From Picochlorum sp. SENEW3 (taxonomy: Eukaryota): a DNA stretch of 64,000 nt. The translations under genes and the position numbers were made by a program. Below are positions 1 through 11,905 of the stretch, in pieces. Numbering within the stretch: the stretch's first letter is position 1; every line of letters starts with the position of its first letter. The DNA lies in NCBI GenBank assembly GCA_034226945.1, contig CP120457.1, positions 1 to 64,000 of the forward strand, read 5' to 3'. The notes below the pieces were generated by a model. The model did not search any database, was not told the origin of the DNA, and saw only the letters and a program-made list of their open reading frames with translations.

Positions 1-25
1 GTACTTCGTTCAGTTACGTATTGCT
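1..25 (+). other. Oxford Nanopore ligation adapter remnant (technical artefact)
   Basis: GTACTTCGTTCAGTTACGTATTGCT matches the 3' part of the ONT Y-adapter top strand AATGTACTTCGTTCAGTTACGTATTGCT. Confidence 0.95.
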
Positions 26-43
26 CCCTATACCCTATACCCT
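26..43 (+). repeat. Telomere-like heptamers (CCCTATA x2 + CCCT)
   Basis: One-base variant of the plant/green-algal CCCTAAA repeat directly after the adapter; only 2.5 units. Confidence 0.4.
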
Positions 44-190
44 GTGCATACCGTCGTTCCTTGGCAGGAGGGTAATGAGGGTATATAACAACATATTCAC
101 CCCACTTCCACCACACAAACAAAAAATAAACACAATTTCTAAATTAAATAATATACAAACTACCCAAAAATAAGAAAATATCCAAAAAAT

Positions 191-1620
191 CAAAAATAAA
201 GCCAAGAAAAAACACCACCAACAAGACCAAAATACCCTAACCAAAAAAACACACCAACTAAAAAAACATCCAAAAACACCACCAAAAGAACGAGAATATA
301 CAATACAATATCAAGAAGAAGAATAAGTAGTATAATAAGCACCTATACTATATATACAAGGACAACAACGACAACAACAAAAGACACGGCACACCACAAG
401 CTCTGCTACTGCTACTGCTCCTCCTCCTCCTCCTACTACTACAACAACAACAGAAGGACACAATATTAAGTAAGTAAGTAAGTAAGAAGAATACCAATAC
501 CAATAATAATAATAATAATAATACACACCCATCATTGAAAAAAACTCCCACAACCAGTGGTGCAAAACATCAAACAGGTCTGCTGCCACATGTCTGAAGA
601 AGAAGAGGGAGCTTCTCGGAACAACAAGAATGGCGATCTTCCCATCACCCCTTGATTTGACTGGGACCACCACCAAAAATATACCAACCAATCCAAACCA
701 ATCAAAAGGGTGTTGTATAGTATTTAAAAAAAAATGCACTCATCAAAGTGTCGCACACCACGTGAAACAACTCCTCCTCCTCTGACACCACAAGATCTGC
801 TACTGCTACTACAATACAAGAGAACACACCAACAAAGAAGCAAAGCAATCAAAAGTAGAAGAAAGTAAATATCTCATAATAGTAGTAGTAATAATGATAA
901 TTAACATGCACACCAACAATCCACACGAGCAATAATACCAACCAATAATAACAGAACAGAACAAAGCATACAAGTCTCATGCACACAAGAAGAAGAACCA
1001 GGAGCTACCCTACACAGACAACATATGAGATAGAAAAGAGAGGTATCATAGTAGTAGTAGCATTTATAAAAAGAATAAATAGAAGACATGAAACAAGAAA
1101 ATGAATGAAAAAGATCGTCTCCTTCACAACAACAACAACCAAGAACCAGGCTGTGGCAAGCTCACTAGAGTGACATTGCACCATTGCTGGAGCAACTAGT
1201 ATATCAGTATCATCACCATGCATGGCATGCTTCCTTCAGTTGATTTCATGTGTTGCTGTAATTAGGGTAGCATATAAATGCGACGCTTCGTTGAAAAAAT
1301 GGGAAGATCTGGTCGTGTTTCATAGCAAAGAAAGACTGCTTTCACAGCACAGCTCTCGTCCTCCTCCTCCTGACTGCTGTGTGCTCCACATATCCAGGCG
1401 CTCCCATCAGAAGGGGTCTTCCATCGGAGTAGGAGGAAAAACAACAACGAAAAAAGAAACTACCATCATATCTCCGGTCAAATTTCCCTTGTGATGGGAG
1501 ATGAGAAAAGCACGCTGAGTGTGGCCGAACGGGTGCCTTAGAGCCGGCTCTAATACCATGGTCGCGCTTTTTTATTGTCTTCATTTACGGACGGACACTC
1601 CCGAGAGGAAGAAGGCCGGC
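191..1620 (+). repeat. Low-complexity A/C-rich block, copy A of a direct segmental duplication
   Basis: Collinear with 3555-5292, from CAAAAATAAAGCCAAGAAAAAACACCACC to CATTTACGGACGGACAC; contains CAA, AAT, CTA, CCT and AAGT microsatellites. Confidence 0.85.
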
Positions 1621-2589
1621 GTCATCAATGTCCCTGCTGTATAAATGGACCATTTGGCACCTTGCATAGTTTCTTTGGATACATTCAACACTTGGTGGTA
1701 GCACCGCAGATGTGACCCGAAACAGAAAACGCACTCAGCCACTTTCTTGCACACAACGCCTCATGTGGCCTCGGTGATCCCACACCCTTGCCACTCACCG
1801 GCAGTGCATAGCAGTATTGGTTGTTGGTATTGGATGATTGGACAAACACAACAATAATAAAAGGCTATTTCAGTCGGTGCCGAGTCGAATGGATTTCACG
1901 AACCGAATGGTCGTCGTTTCCGATCGCGTCGCGACGGTTGGGACGAAGACGCCGAGAATCGTTCCTTTGTGGGCATATGGGAGCGTCATTCTTGCTTTAA
2001 AATTATATATCAGTCGATAGAGCCGACGACTGACCACCACGGAGCACAACAGGGTTACAACAACAACCGTTCCACGGGAATGTCATGTCAACAACACTCG
2101 CAACGGTGCCAACAGGCCACGACCTCCTTCTCCCAGGTTTTCCACCCTCTAGTATCTTATATTGATATATCTTTCTCCCTCCATACATCAAAGTCACACG
2201 CGTTGCTTTGCCCTGAGATTGTTGCGAATTCTGTTGTGAACATTGGTGGTGAATGCGACGCGAAATACTCCTGACGCTGGTGAGCGGAGAAGCTCTTTAC
2301 ACTGCTAGTTCCTTCTCATCAAGTCGATATGAAATGCCTAAAGTCGGGAGACCACGGGTGAGAGCTTTCAACCTTCGAGTCTGAGGCAACTGCTTGTGCT
2401 TTGATTCCTGGCCCATTGCAAAAACATGCGGTGGCCAAGGTGGGTCCTCGCCATGTAAATGCGCCATCTGGCTCCTTGCATAGGTTTTTCGGATACATGC
2501 AAGGCTTAGTAGCACCACGGACGCTACGATATAGTGCTCACGTGCCCACAATCGTATCCCAAGCGTTGGGAAGTGACTCCCAAACACAC

Positions 2590-3521
2590 CCCTTGCTATC
2601 TGGTCGGTCGCCTCGAGTATGGCAAATCCGGGAGAAGGCATTTGAGATATTATATATACAAGCCTGCTGAATGCGACAGACCCAGAGGAAGATGTCTCAC
2701 GCGACCAGAAAAGTGACCCCAAGGGCGTTGCACTGGTCTTCTCAACCACCCCTCGCTATCTGGTCGGTCGTCGCGAGTATGGCAAATCTGGGAGAGGGCA
2801 TTTGAGATATTATATATACAAGCCTGCTGAATGCGACAGACCCAGAGGAAGATGTCTCACGCGACCAGAAAAGTGACCCCAAGGGCGTTGCAGCTGCCTT
2901 CTCAACCACCCCTCGCTATCTGGTCGGTCGTCGCGAGTATGGCAAATCTGGGAGCGGGCATTTGAGATATTATATATACAAGCCTGCTGAATGCGACAGA
3001 CCCAGAGGAAGATGTCTCACGCGACCAGAAAAGTGACCCCAAGGGCGTTGCAGCTGCCTTCTCAACCACCCCTCGCTATCTGGTCGGTCGTCGCGAGTAT
3101 GGCAAATCCGGGAGAGGGCATTTAAGATATTATATATATAAGCCTGCTGAATGCGACAGACCCAGAGGAAGATGTCTCATGCGGCCAGAAAAGTGACCCC
3201 AAGGGTGTTGCAGCTGCCTTCCCAACCACCCCTCGCTATCTGGTCGGTCGTCGCGAGTATGGCAAATCTGGGAGAGGGCATTTGAGATATTATATATACA
3301 AGCCTGCTGAATGCGACAGACCCAGAGGAAGATGTCTCACGCGACCAGAAAAGTGACCCCAAGGGCGTTGCAGCTGCCTTCTCAACCACCCCTCGCTATC
3401 TGGTCGGTCGTCGCGAGTATGGCAAATCCGGGAGAGGGCATTTGAGATATTATATATACAAGCCTGCTGAATGCGACAGACCCAGCAAAACGCCTCTCAC
3501 GCGACCAGGAGAGTGACCCCA
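2590..3521 (+). repeat. 160-bp tandem array, ~6 near-identical copies (degenerate extra copy upstream to ~2430)
   Basis: CCTCGCTATCTGGTCGGTCG recurs at 2591 (variant), 2751, 2911, 3071, 3231 and 3391; exact 160-nt period. Confidence 0.97.
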
Positions 3522-3554
3522 AGCCAAAAGTTTGAGGTTCTGAACACCCCTTTA

Positions 3555-5292
3555 CAAAAATAAAGCCAAGAAAAAACACCACCAACAAGACCAAAATACC
3601 CTAACCAAAAAAACACACCAACCAAAAAAACATCCAAAAACACCACCAAAAGAACGAGAATATACAATACAATATCAAGAAGAATAATAAGTAGTATAAT
3701 AACCACCTATACTATATATACAACAACAACAACAACAACAACAACAAAAGACACGGCATACCACAAGCTCTGCTACTACTACTGCTCCTCCTCCTCCTAC
3801 TATTACTACTACAACAACAAGAGAAGACAACAACAACAACAGCAACCAACACAAAAGAAGCAAAGCAAAACCAAAATCAAAAGATACAAATCTCATAATA
3901 ATCAGAATGACACAACAACAATCTATACTATGCTATGCATGAATGAAAAGAGTCTCTGTCCTTTTTCACAACAGCAACAGAAGGACACAATATTAAGTAA
4001 GTAAGTAAGAAGAATACCAATACCAATAATAATAATAATAATAATACACACCCATCATTAAAAAAAAACTCCCACAACCAGTGGTGCAAAACAAACAGTG
4101 GTCTGCTGCCACATGTCTGGAAGAAGAGGGAGCATCTCGGAACAACAAGAATGGCGATCTTCCCGTCATCATCACCACCCCTTGACTTCTTAAAGGACTT
4201 GACTGGGACCACCACCAAAAAATACCAACCAAACCAAGCAAGGGTGTCTAAAACAGCCACCCCACACAACAACAACAACAACAATACAATAAATCAACAA
4301 CCATCCAGCATTCACACCACCACCACTACTACTACTGCTGCTGCTGCTATAACACGAGACAACACACCAACAAACAAAGAAGCAAAGCAATCAAAAGAAG
4401 AAGAAAGTAAATATTTCATAATAGTACTAATAATGTAATAATGATTATAACATGCACAACAACAATCGACATGAGCTATAATAGCAACCAATAATAACAG
4501 AACACAACAAAGCACACAAGTCTCATGCACACAAGAAGAACAACCTGGAGCTCGACTCACAGACAACATGTGAGATAGAGAAAGAGTTTATTATATAAGA
4601 GTTAGAATAATAACTGTGAAATGAATATATAAGGAAAAGACATCATGGAACAAGAATGAAATGAAAACAAATCGTCGTCTTCACAACAAGCTGGTGCCAT
4701 GAAGTCTGTCTCCACAAAGAACAACAGCGACAAGAAGACCAGAGAGAGGTGTAATAAGAAGTATATGAAAAGAACAAATTTATAAGAGACAGGAAAGGAG
4801 AAAAAGAATGAAAGGAAATCGTCTTCTTCACAACAACAACAACAACAAGAACCAAGCTGTGGCAAGCACTAGAGTACCGTTGCAGCAGTTACAATGCTGG
4901 AGCAACTATCAGTATCATCATCATGCATGGAACGCTTACTTAATTACTTAGACTTCATGAGTTGCAATGAGGATAGGATAGTAGGATATAATTATATATA
5001 TACAATTGCGACGCTTCTTTGGGGAAGATCTCGTCGTGTTTAAAGACTGTTCCACAGCTCTATCCTCCTCCACCTGTGTGTGCTCCGTATCCAGGCTCCC
5101 ATCAGAAGAGGTGTTTGATGGAGGAGAGAACTACACTGCCGGTCAAACGTCCCTTGTGATGGGAGATGAAAAAAGCCACAAAAAGCACGCTGAGTGTGGC
5201 CGAGCGGATAAAGCGTGTGGTTTCATGGTCGTCCTTTTTTATTGTCCTCATTTACGGACGGACACGCCTCGCGAGAAAAGAAAAGAGGCCGA
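3555..5292 (+). repeat. Low-complexity A/C-rich block, copy B of the direct segmental duplication
   Basis: Diverged copy of 191-1620 with insertions. Confidence 0.85.
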
Positions 5293-6989
5293 CCTTACTG
5301 ATCGATCCAATACTCTGTCGGACCGATGCCTTCAGTCTATCTACCCCTCCCGATGGAGACAAGACCTTTGACGAGATACCTCTTCTGCTACCACACCTTT
5401 TGTTCTTCTTCTTCTCTACAACTATTACTATTACTGTCGGTTTACTAAAAACAAACAACAATAGTTACTGCTGTTGCTGCTCTAGAGGTAGAAACAACGA
5501 AACAACGAAGAGAGTAGTAGTAATAGCAATAGCACACAATGTGTGCTCACCCACCATCCACAGACTCAACCCAATTAAACAGCTTCAAACATATCTCCAC
5601 ACACACTGATTCGTGGATTCAGAAAACACAAGAATAACACGAATGATGAAAAAATATGTTCTAATCGATCTATTCTATCGTATGGTAAGTAGGACAACGT
5701 GTGAATATAAGGATGGATGTGGACACACACACTTATGCTGCACAGGGATCTGTTGGGAATCATGCAACACACCCTGCTGTCCTGACACGCGACTGCTTTT
5801 TGAGCAGTGTTTGTAGTAGTATGTCGTATCCTTGTACATCAACAATACAAGAACAAAAGATATATAACAGAATCAATCTGGTTTGGATGGAAATGATAAG
5901 TGTTGTCTGTCCACCACACACTATTAGGGAATCTGGCCACCACAGGAGCTGCTCTGACCTGGATGAATGAATGTAGGATCTACAACTACTACAGAAGAAA
6001 AAAAAGAAAGGCTTCTCTGCTACACAACGATCAACATTCAAAAGTAAAACATCGAGAACAAAGAAAATTTATTATCATGCGTTTGTATACCAGTCAACAA
6101 CATTGAACGGAATGTAATAGAACAACAATACAAAAAGAGCCTGTGACAAGAAAGGAGGTGAGCTCACCCTCAATAGGTTGGTTGTTGAATGGGGCTCTAC
6201 TAGTATTTGACACCTTGTCGAATAGTCGAAATTCAAAAGGCTGCCAAGCAACAAGAACAAGAAAAGGAGTTGAGAAGATTGGAAGAGCAGGCACAGCCTC
6301 AAACCGAGGCAAGAAAAAAAAAAGAATAAGAAGCCACGAGCCAGGCTCGCAGGACAAATCGATCCATCTGTTCGAAAAAGAAAAGAAAAATTAAGAGCGG
6401 AAAGCACACAGGGAAAGTGCAACGTTCGACGACAAACAAAGGGGCAGTTTCACCACAAGAGGCCCAGAGGTGCATCCCACAACCACCCGCTGGCTTGGTT
6501 TTCTTTCGTCTGTCGTTTCCTTGACTTGATTCGATACTATTTTTAAATGTTGGATTGACACGTGTAATGTACAATCAATACTGCGCAGAGAAATGGTGGG
6601 ACTCAGGGTCGGTCCACATGAGAGTCCACATGAGAATGGATGGATGTCCACATGCTACACAACACAATGGTCCATCTGCCCCTCAGATGGACCGTCCATC
6701 CATAGCCTTAGAATGTATGCGTACATTGCCAAACCACCACGATGACACACGATGATTGCATACATACCACTAGTAGTGGTATTTACTTACTACTAAAGGT
6801 GGTAGAAAAGACCTTGGCCATACCAACCCGACCTACAGCCATGGGCCATGACACCTCAGTGACCGAGGTAGTGCAACGAGTAGAAAAAGTCAGAGCACCA
6901 TATTTGGCATTAAATATGACCCTCATGATGTATGTAGTGAAATGATACAGGGGTATTCCCGTTTGTCAATGAGTTGAATGTCCTATCAA

Positions 6990-7400
6990 CACGAATTCCG
7001 TTCGCGTCAAGGCTGTTGAGACAAGGAAGCCTGCAGTTGTCACGAAGGGCCACGCTGATTATTTGTATATATTCACAATGAACCAAATCTATCACCACCG
7101 TATGACCACCACGTCCACAGAGTGAGAGAGAGAGTGAGAAAGGGGTCCCCAACAGGTTCACGGGAATGCCATTGACAGGTCTGGAGAGCCAAGACGAAGT
7201 TCTCCTCCGGGTGGGTTTCTGTACGAATCACTCGTTGATTGTTATTTCACAATATCGCTGAATCAAATTAAGGAGACGGCAGACTACTCCAAACCTCAAG
7301 AAAGCGAATGGTTGTGAGTGTTGCCAAGAATGCCAACGAAAGCCAAGCTTGCTAATTGCGAGCATCTGTCGTCGCCACGCAAAACTGTGGACACATAAAC
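6990..7400 (+). repeat. Dispersed ~400-bp degenerate repeat (other copies ~7983-8420 and, partially, ~1878-2130)
   Basis: Shared ordered blocks AATTCCGTTCGC, CACGG(G/C)AATGCC, GGGTTTCTG, GAGACGGCAGA. Confidence 0.7.
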
Positions 7401-7982
7401 CATGTAACATTTAATACATGTTAATGGTGGTGTTTATTACTCTTCAAGAGGAGGAGGAGTACTTGATGGGAGCGGAGTAGAGGAGAGTCTGTGTGTTGGT
7501 CTCACTGACAGTGTCCGCTCCTGGCATCCATTCGACCGGAGATATCACGCCTGGCACGCTCGTCGTCTCTGTCCGTAAAAAGACACAATAAAAAAAGGTA
7601 ACCACGCGACAAAAGTGGACAGTTCTGACACCAGCGTGGAAATTTTTGATAGCACAATGGTCCGGTCCGTCGACCCGTTGGATGGTAGTAGAATAAGTCA
7701 CTTTGACTCAACTCTACTCGTTTCTCTCCGTAAATGGGAACAATAAAAAAGAGCGACGGTGGTCCAGGGTTCGAGCCCAATTTTTTGGTCACAATTTTTT
7801 ATTGTGTTCAATTACAACAAAAACACTGGGGTGAAATCGTTAAAGTTGTCGTTAAAATTGAAAGGTCACGATTTTTTATTGTGTTCAATTACAGCAGAAA
7901 AACACTTGGGTACTTGGGAATGTGTATTTATCAGTCTGGTGTACAATTGTTGAATATGGGTTATTATACTTGCAAAAACGTC

Positions 7983-8420
7983 CTGCCGACACGGCAACGA
8001 ATGAAAGTCCCCATTAAAACACAGCTGGTCGTCGTCAATTCCGTTCGCATCACGTTAGTTGGGACGAGGAGGAGGGGCCTGTAGAGCTGTCACCCATGGG
8101 CAGGAAGAGCCATTAATATGATTCATATTCATACTAAAATAATTATACCACCCATGTATGGCTACGTCCAGAGAGAGGGGGCCCTAACCGTTCCACGGCA
8201 ATGCCTTGGCAATCACAGTGGACAGAGCCACGACGTCCAGGACCTCTCTTTCTTCTGATGGGTTTCTGCATGAATCGATGATTGCCATTCCAATCAATAC
8301 TGTTGGATCAAGCCAATGAGACGGCAGAAAAACAAAACCAAGCTCAAGCAGGCGGGCAGTGAGTGTGTCGTGCCAATAGCACGCTACTGACACGCTTGCT
8401 TGTTGAGAGTATCTGTACTT
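7983..8420 (+). repeat. Dispersed ~400-bp degenerate repeat, further copy
   Basis: Collinear with 6990-7400; shares GTCGTCG..TTCCG.TCGC and AACCGTTCCACGG with 1878-2130. Confidence 0.7.
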
Positions 8421-8546
8421 GGTTCGATTCGTTCATTTCCGAGGACGGGAGAGAGCGACCTATTCTTTTAATTGTGTACATTTACACACAGAAAATACAG
8501 AAAAAAAGAATTTCGTTTGTTGACTGTTCCAGATGATTCTGCAGAA

Positions 8547-9968
8547 TCAGGTGGTGCTTGATCGATGGATATGTGTTTCCTTCCGTAGCAGATCGGGAGT
8601 CCCTATCTCACGATCATCACCTTTTTCCCAGCCGTGGCTGGATGTCCGAGGTGGTTGAAAGGGGTCTGTGGGGGAAACCCACACATCCCTTTTGGACTTG
8701 TAAACTCTCAATCCAGCAACCACAATCAGTCCCAGGGCCATGCCACCCCCAATTAGTATCCATAAACCATATACTTGCTCGAAAGAGATTTGGCTGATTT
8801 CGTCGCCACTCATCCCTTCCTTCAAGCAAGGACTATCCTCCAGCAGAAAGTCCTCTCCGATGCGTGGTATGGTGCCATCCTCAGTGAGTTCCAGAATGGC
8901 CACGGAAAATTCGTCCACGATGCTTTGATCAATCCCTGGATTAAACGCTAGTCCATAATCAAATGGCTCTATGGTGTTAGACAGCATTCTTACCCGGCAC
9001 TCTGGAAACTTTGCGACGACATATTGAATCACCTCGGCATCTGTGAGGAATGCAGCCAGTTTACCCGAGGCCACCAAATCCGCCTCAGCTTGTATATCTG
9101 CCATCGAGTTGATCTTAGCTTCCACAGTGACCAACCCATACTTTGTAAGCAACCGTGGCTGATACACTGGCACAGCAGACACGGCAAGACCTTGCAAATC
9201 ATACACAGAGTTGACATTCCCAAAGCTTTGCAGCGTCAAAAAAGCTGCTAAATTCGCCGTGTACGATGCGCCTAAAATGAGGGCCACGAATGCAAGGAGA
9301 ATGACCACAATTCTAGCAGCAAACATGGATACGTTCATTGTTTCACCCTGGATCATCACCCACAGCGTTCTCCATATGGCTTCAGAATACCCTAGAAACG
9401 ACTCCTTCAAGGAAACCGACCTCTTGATACTCAGAAGCTCAAATGCATATATTACTATGGGAAGCACAATCACCGTGAGCCCGATGGCGAGCCACAACGA
9501 CCATGTAAATGGTTGGGTCCATGCAAATCCATTGGACGTGTCTGGGACGGCCTTTGTCATAATGCCCACCGATCCAGACCAATATGGGTATGCCCAGACG
9601 ACTCCCATTTCTGTTCGTTCTGCTGTTATTGTGGTGGATGCCATGAACGCATCGCATGTGCCGTTCAGAGGAATCACCTCCTCTTCCAAGACCGTGCCAG
9701 TCGAGGAGTCCAAGCACAGAAATTGATAGTCATCACCCTCTTCCCACCGCATTGCTCGCCGTGCCACCACTCTGAATATTTCAATGCTCAATCCAGTAAA
9801 ACTCTCCGATTCATTCCTGCCCACTGTGCAAGAAGCCATGGGCGTTCGCTCGAGCGTGCAGACGACCAATTTCCCGTCTCCCGTCTCTTGGGCCAGCCCT
9901 GGCGCCACGAGAACAGAGAGCAATAGCCATAGTATTCCAACAAAATGCACACTATACCCCAAACCCAT
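8547..9968 (-). CDS. Ionotropic glutamate receptor-like channel (GLR) lacking the amino-terminal domain
   Basis: Signal peptide, S1, M1 (PFTWSLW), pore loop, M3 SYTANLAAFLT gating motif, S2 (YGLAF), M4; 473 aa. Confidence 0.93.
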   Translation of the reverse strand: MGLGYSVHFVGILWLLLSVLVAPGLAQETGDGKLVVCTLERTPMASCTVGRNESESFTGLSIEIFRVVARRAMRWEEGDDYQFLCLDSSTGTVLEEEVIPLNGTCDAFMASTTITAERTEMGVVWAYPYWSGSVGIMTKAVPDTSNGFAWTQPFTWSLWLAIGLTVIVLPIVIYAFELLSIKRSVSLKESFLGYSEAIWRTLWVMIQGETMNVSMFAARIVVILLAFVALILGASYTANLAAFLTLQSFGNVNSVYDLQGLAVSAVPVYQPRLLTKYGLVTVEAKINSMADIQAEADLVASGKLAAFLTDAEVIQYVVAKFPECRVRMLSNTIEPFDYGLAFNPGIDQSIVDEFSVAILELTEDGTIPRIGEDFLLEDSPCLKEGMSGDEISQISFEQVYGLWILIGGGMALGLIVVAGLRVYKSKRDVWVSPTDPFQPPRTSSHGWEKGDDREIGTPDLLRKETHIHRSSTT

Positions 9969-10223
9969 TCTCCCAAACTTTGTCTATCGCCTCAAACTGC
10001 CAACATGCTTCGCACTCCCCTGTAGCCTTTCCCAAACTGTCGTTGTATCTTTCAACCAAAATAATAGGGTAATATCCGCTTGTGATAGAAAAATTGACAT
10101 CCAAGAGCAAGGTCGAGGGCAAGAGTAGTCAACATTTCAGGAGTGATTCGGAACCACTGGTTGGATTCCAGGCATCAGTGCGATGGGAGCGAACGCCAGA
10201 CTCGGCCATCGTGACAGTTCGAT

Positions 10224-10755
10224 ATGAAACTATCCGGTGCTCTACAGTATTTATCTTCGCAGGGATCAGGGATTGGCAGCCGCTGCACTAGGAATGGTAG
10301 TTCCACGCCGAGCGTGGTAGCGTTTTCGAATAGGTCGCGGAATCCCTCCTTGTTCGAGGTCAAAGATATCAGTCCTCCGCCTGAATCTTTGGGGCTGCAT
10401 TCCTTTCCACCGGTGCGTTCGTTGTCCACTCAACCGTGCAACGTGGTGCGGAAAACAGTGGTCTTTACCAATTTTTTTGATTGGTGCAGAACACGACGAA
10501 TGGGGACGTCATCACCGTGAATGGTCAAAGTTATGTGGTAAAGAGCACAGTGATTCGATATAAATTGCAACGGGGCCGTTACAGACCTTGCCATAAGAGG
10601 CTGGATGTCCTCGGCACCAGTCGGTATATTTACAACCTGTACGTTGTTTTTTTCTTTGTTTTTTCCCTAGTGATCGCACCACACGGCTCACAGTTGCTTC
10701 TTGGTAACGCTGCAGATATTTGACAAATATTTATTCTAATTCACCCATGAAGTAA
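10224..10755 (+). CDS. Small conserved green-lineage protein, probably plastid-targeted (3 exons)
   Basis: GT-AG introns ~10413-10489 and ~10639-10715 give an open ~125-aa frame (FEVKDISPPPESLGLHSFPPNTTNGDVI...YKLQRGRY..HKRLDV..TSRYIYNLYL); Ser/Arg-rich N-terminus. Confidence 0.7.
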
Positions 10756-10778
10756 TACATTATTTGACCAGTTTTCAA

Positions 10779-11554
10779 TCACTCTTCGAAAAGCAGGTCC
10801 AGAAGGGCCTGGTCATCCAGTTCCTCTGGTTCTGCGACGGACGCGAGCGCTTGAGGATCGGTCTCCTCGCGTCCTACCGGCCGCTCTGTCGCATCATTCG
10901 TCTCAGGATACTCTTCCATCGCCAGCTGGAGCAACTCGTCATCGTCATCCTGTGCTGCCTGCTCACCATCAGAGATGACAGTGTCCTCCTCAATCTTACT
11001 CACTTTGACAGCCACGTTGAGGACGTTCTCCCTCATTCCATGGAGGTCAGATTTCACTATACTACTTGTGCTCATTTTTTCCACATCTGCTATGAATGTA
11101 TCGAACGTGTGGTTGGGGCCAGCGCTGGGGAAGACCCTGTCGCCCCATCTCTTGTACAGCTCCAACAGCTTTCTGGTGTCAGATATTTCGTGTCCTCTGC
11201 CCTGAAAAGTCGCCTTCATGAGCGAAGGAAAGTTATTGTAGACATCAGGAATGCCTTTGGATTCTTTCAAGGCCTCGTATGACAGTTTCGGCCGTTTCCT
11301 GGAAGACCCCACCGTTGTTGCCCGTTCAGCGGTGCTCTCAGCCCCTACATCTCCCTGAGTTTCCTGTTCAACTGGCCTGGAAAAACAACACAAACAGATA
11401 AATATTACTGCGATTGAAAGTACGACACGTCAAGTCCGGTTGGGAAGACACCGCACCTGTCTTGAGAGGGGACACCAGTGCAATCTCTCGCCCAGTGGCC
11501 CAACTGCCCACACTTGTGGCATCCACGAGATGCCACTGCAGTTGATTGAGACAT
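10779..11554 (-). CDS. TIPIN: Replication fork protection protein Swi3/Csm3/TIPIN with N-terminal CCHC zinc knuckle
   Basis: Exon 1 encodes CHKCGQLGHWARDC; intron 11456-11377; Swi3 motif KRPKL...GRGHEISDTRKLLELYKRW...FDTFIADVEK. Confidence 0.9.
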
Positions 11555-11905
11555 TATAAGCAAAATATGGGGTGAACAAACCCGATGCTATGTTTTGTCT
11601 CCAGAGGCGATTTTGAATTTTGAATGTGTCACAACTGCCGTGTTTCTACCGTGACCAAATACCACATCCCTCGAATACAGATTTATATTGATTCATTGTG
11701 TCGTCGCACAAAATAGGGACCGACTGGCCACTCGCCAGACTGGCTCATGCGCTCTCGGATGCCCCCTTCCAGCGATTTTGCTCAGGCCGAGTCGGGATCA
11801 CCGAAATTGCCTGCGCGGCGTATTATCCGGCAGAAGATTTTCTACCTCAGAGTTTACGCAGACCAAAAGGCTTTCGTGAGCAGAAAGTCCTTTTGATGTC
11901 AACCA

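Noticed and set aside
2590..3521. CRISPR array or 5S/snRNA gene array
   Set aside because: Whole 160-bp units repeat with no unique spacers, no cas genes are nearby, and I see no resemblance to 5S rRNA or spliceosomal snRNAs.
6669..6720. Helitron 3' end (GGTCCATCTG-cccct-CAGATGGACC hairpin)
   Set aside because: The hairpin is real, but there is no correctly spaced CTRR terminus or matching 5' TC end.
7764..7782. tRNA/SINE from GGGTTCGAGCCC B-box-like motif
   Set aside because: No cloverleaf, acceptor stem or convincing A-box.
35..8393. Many short ORFs in the first 8.4 kb
   Set aside because: Translations of microsatellite and low-complexity DNA (poly-V/L/Y/C/T) with no recognisable domains.
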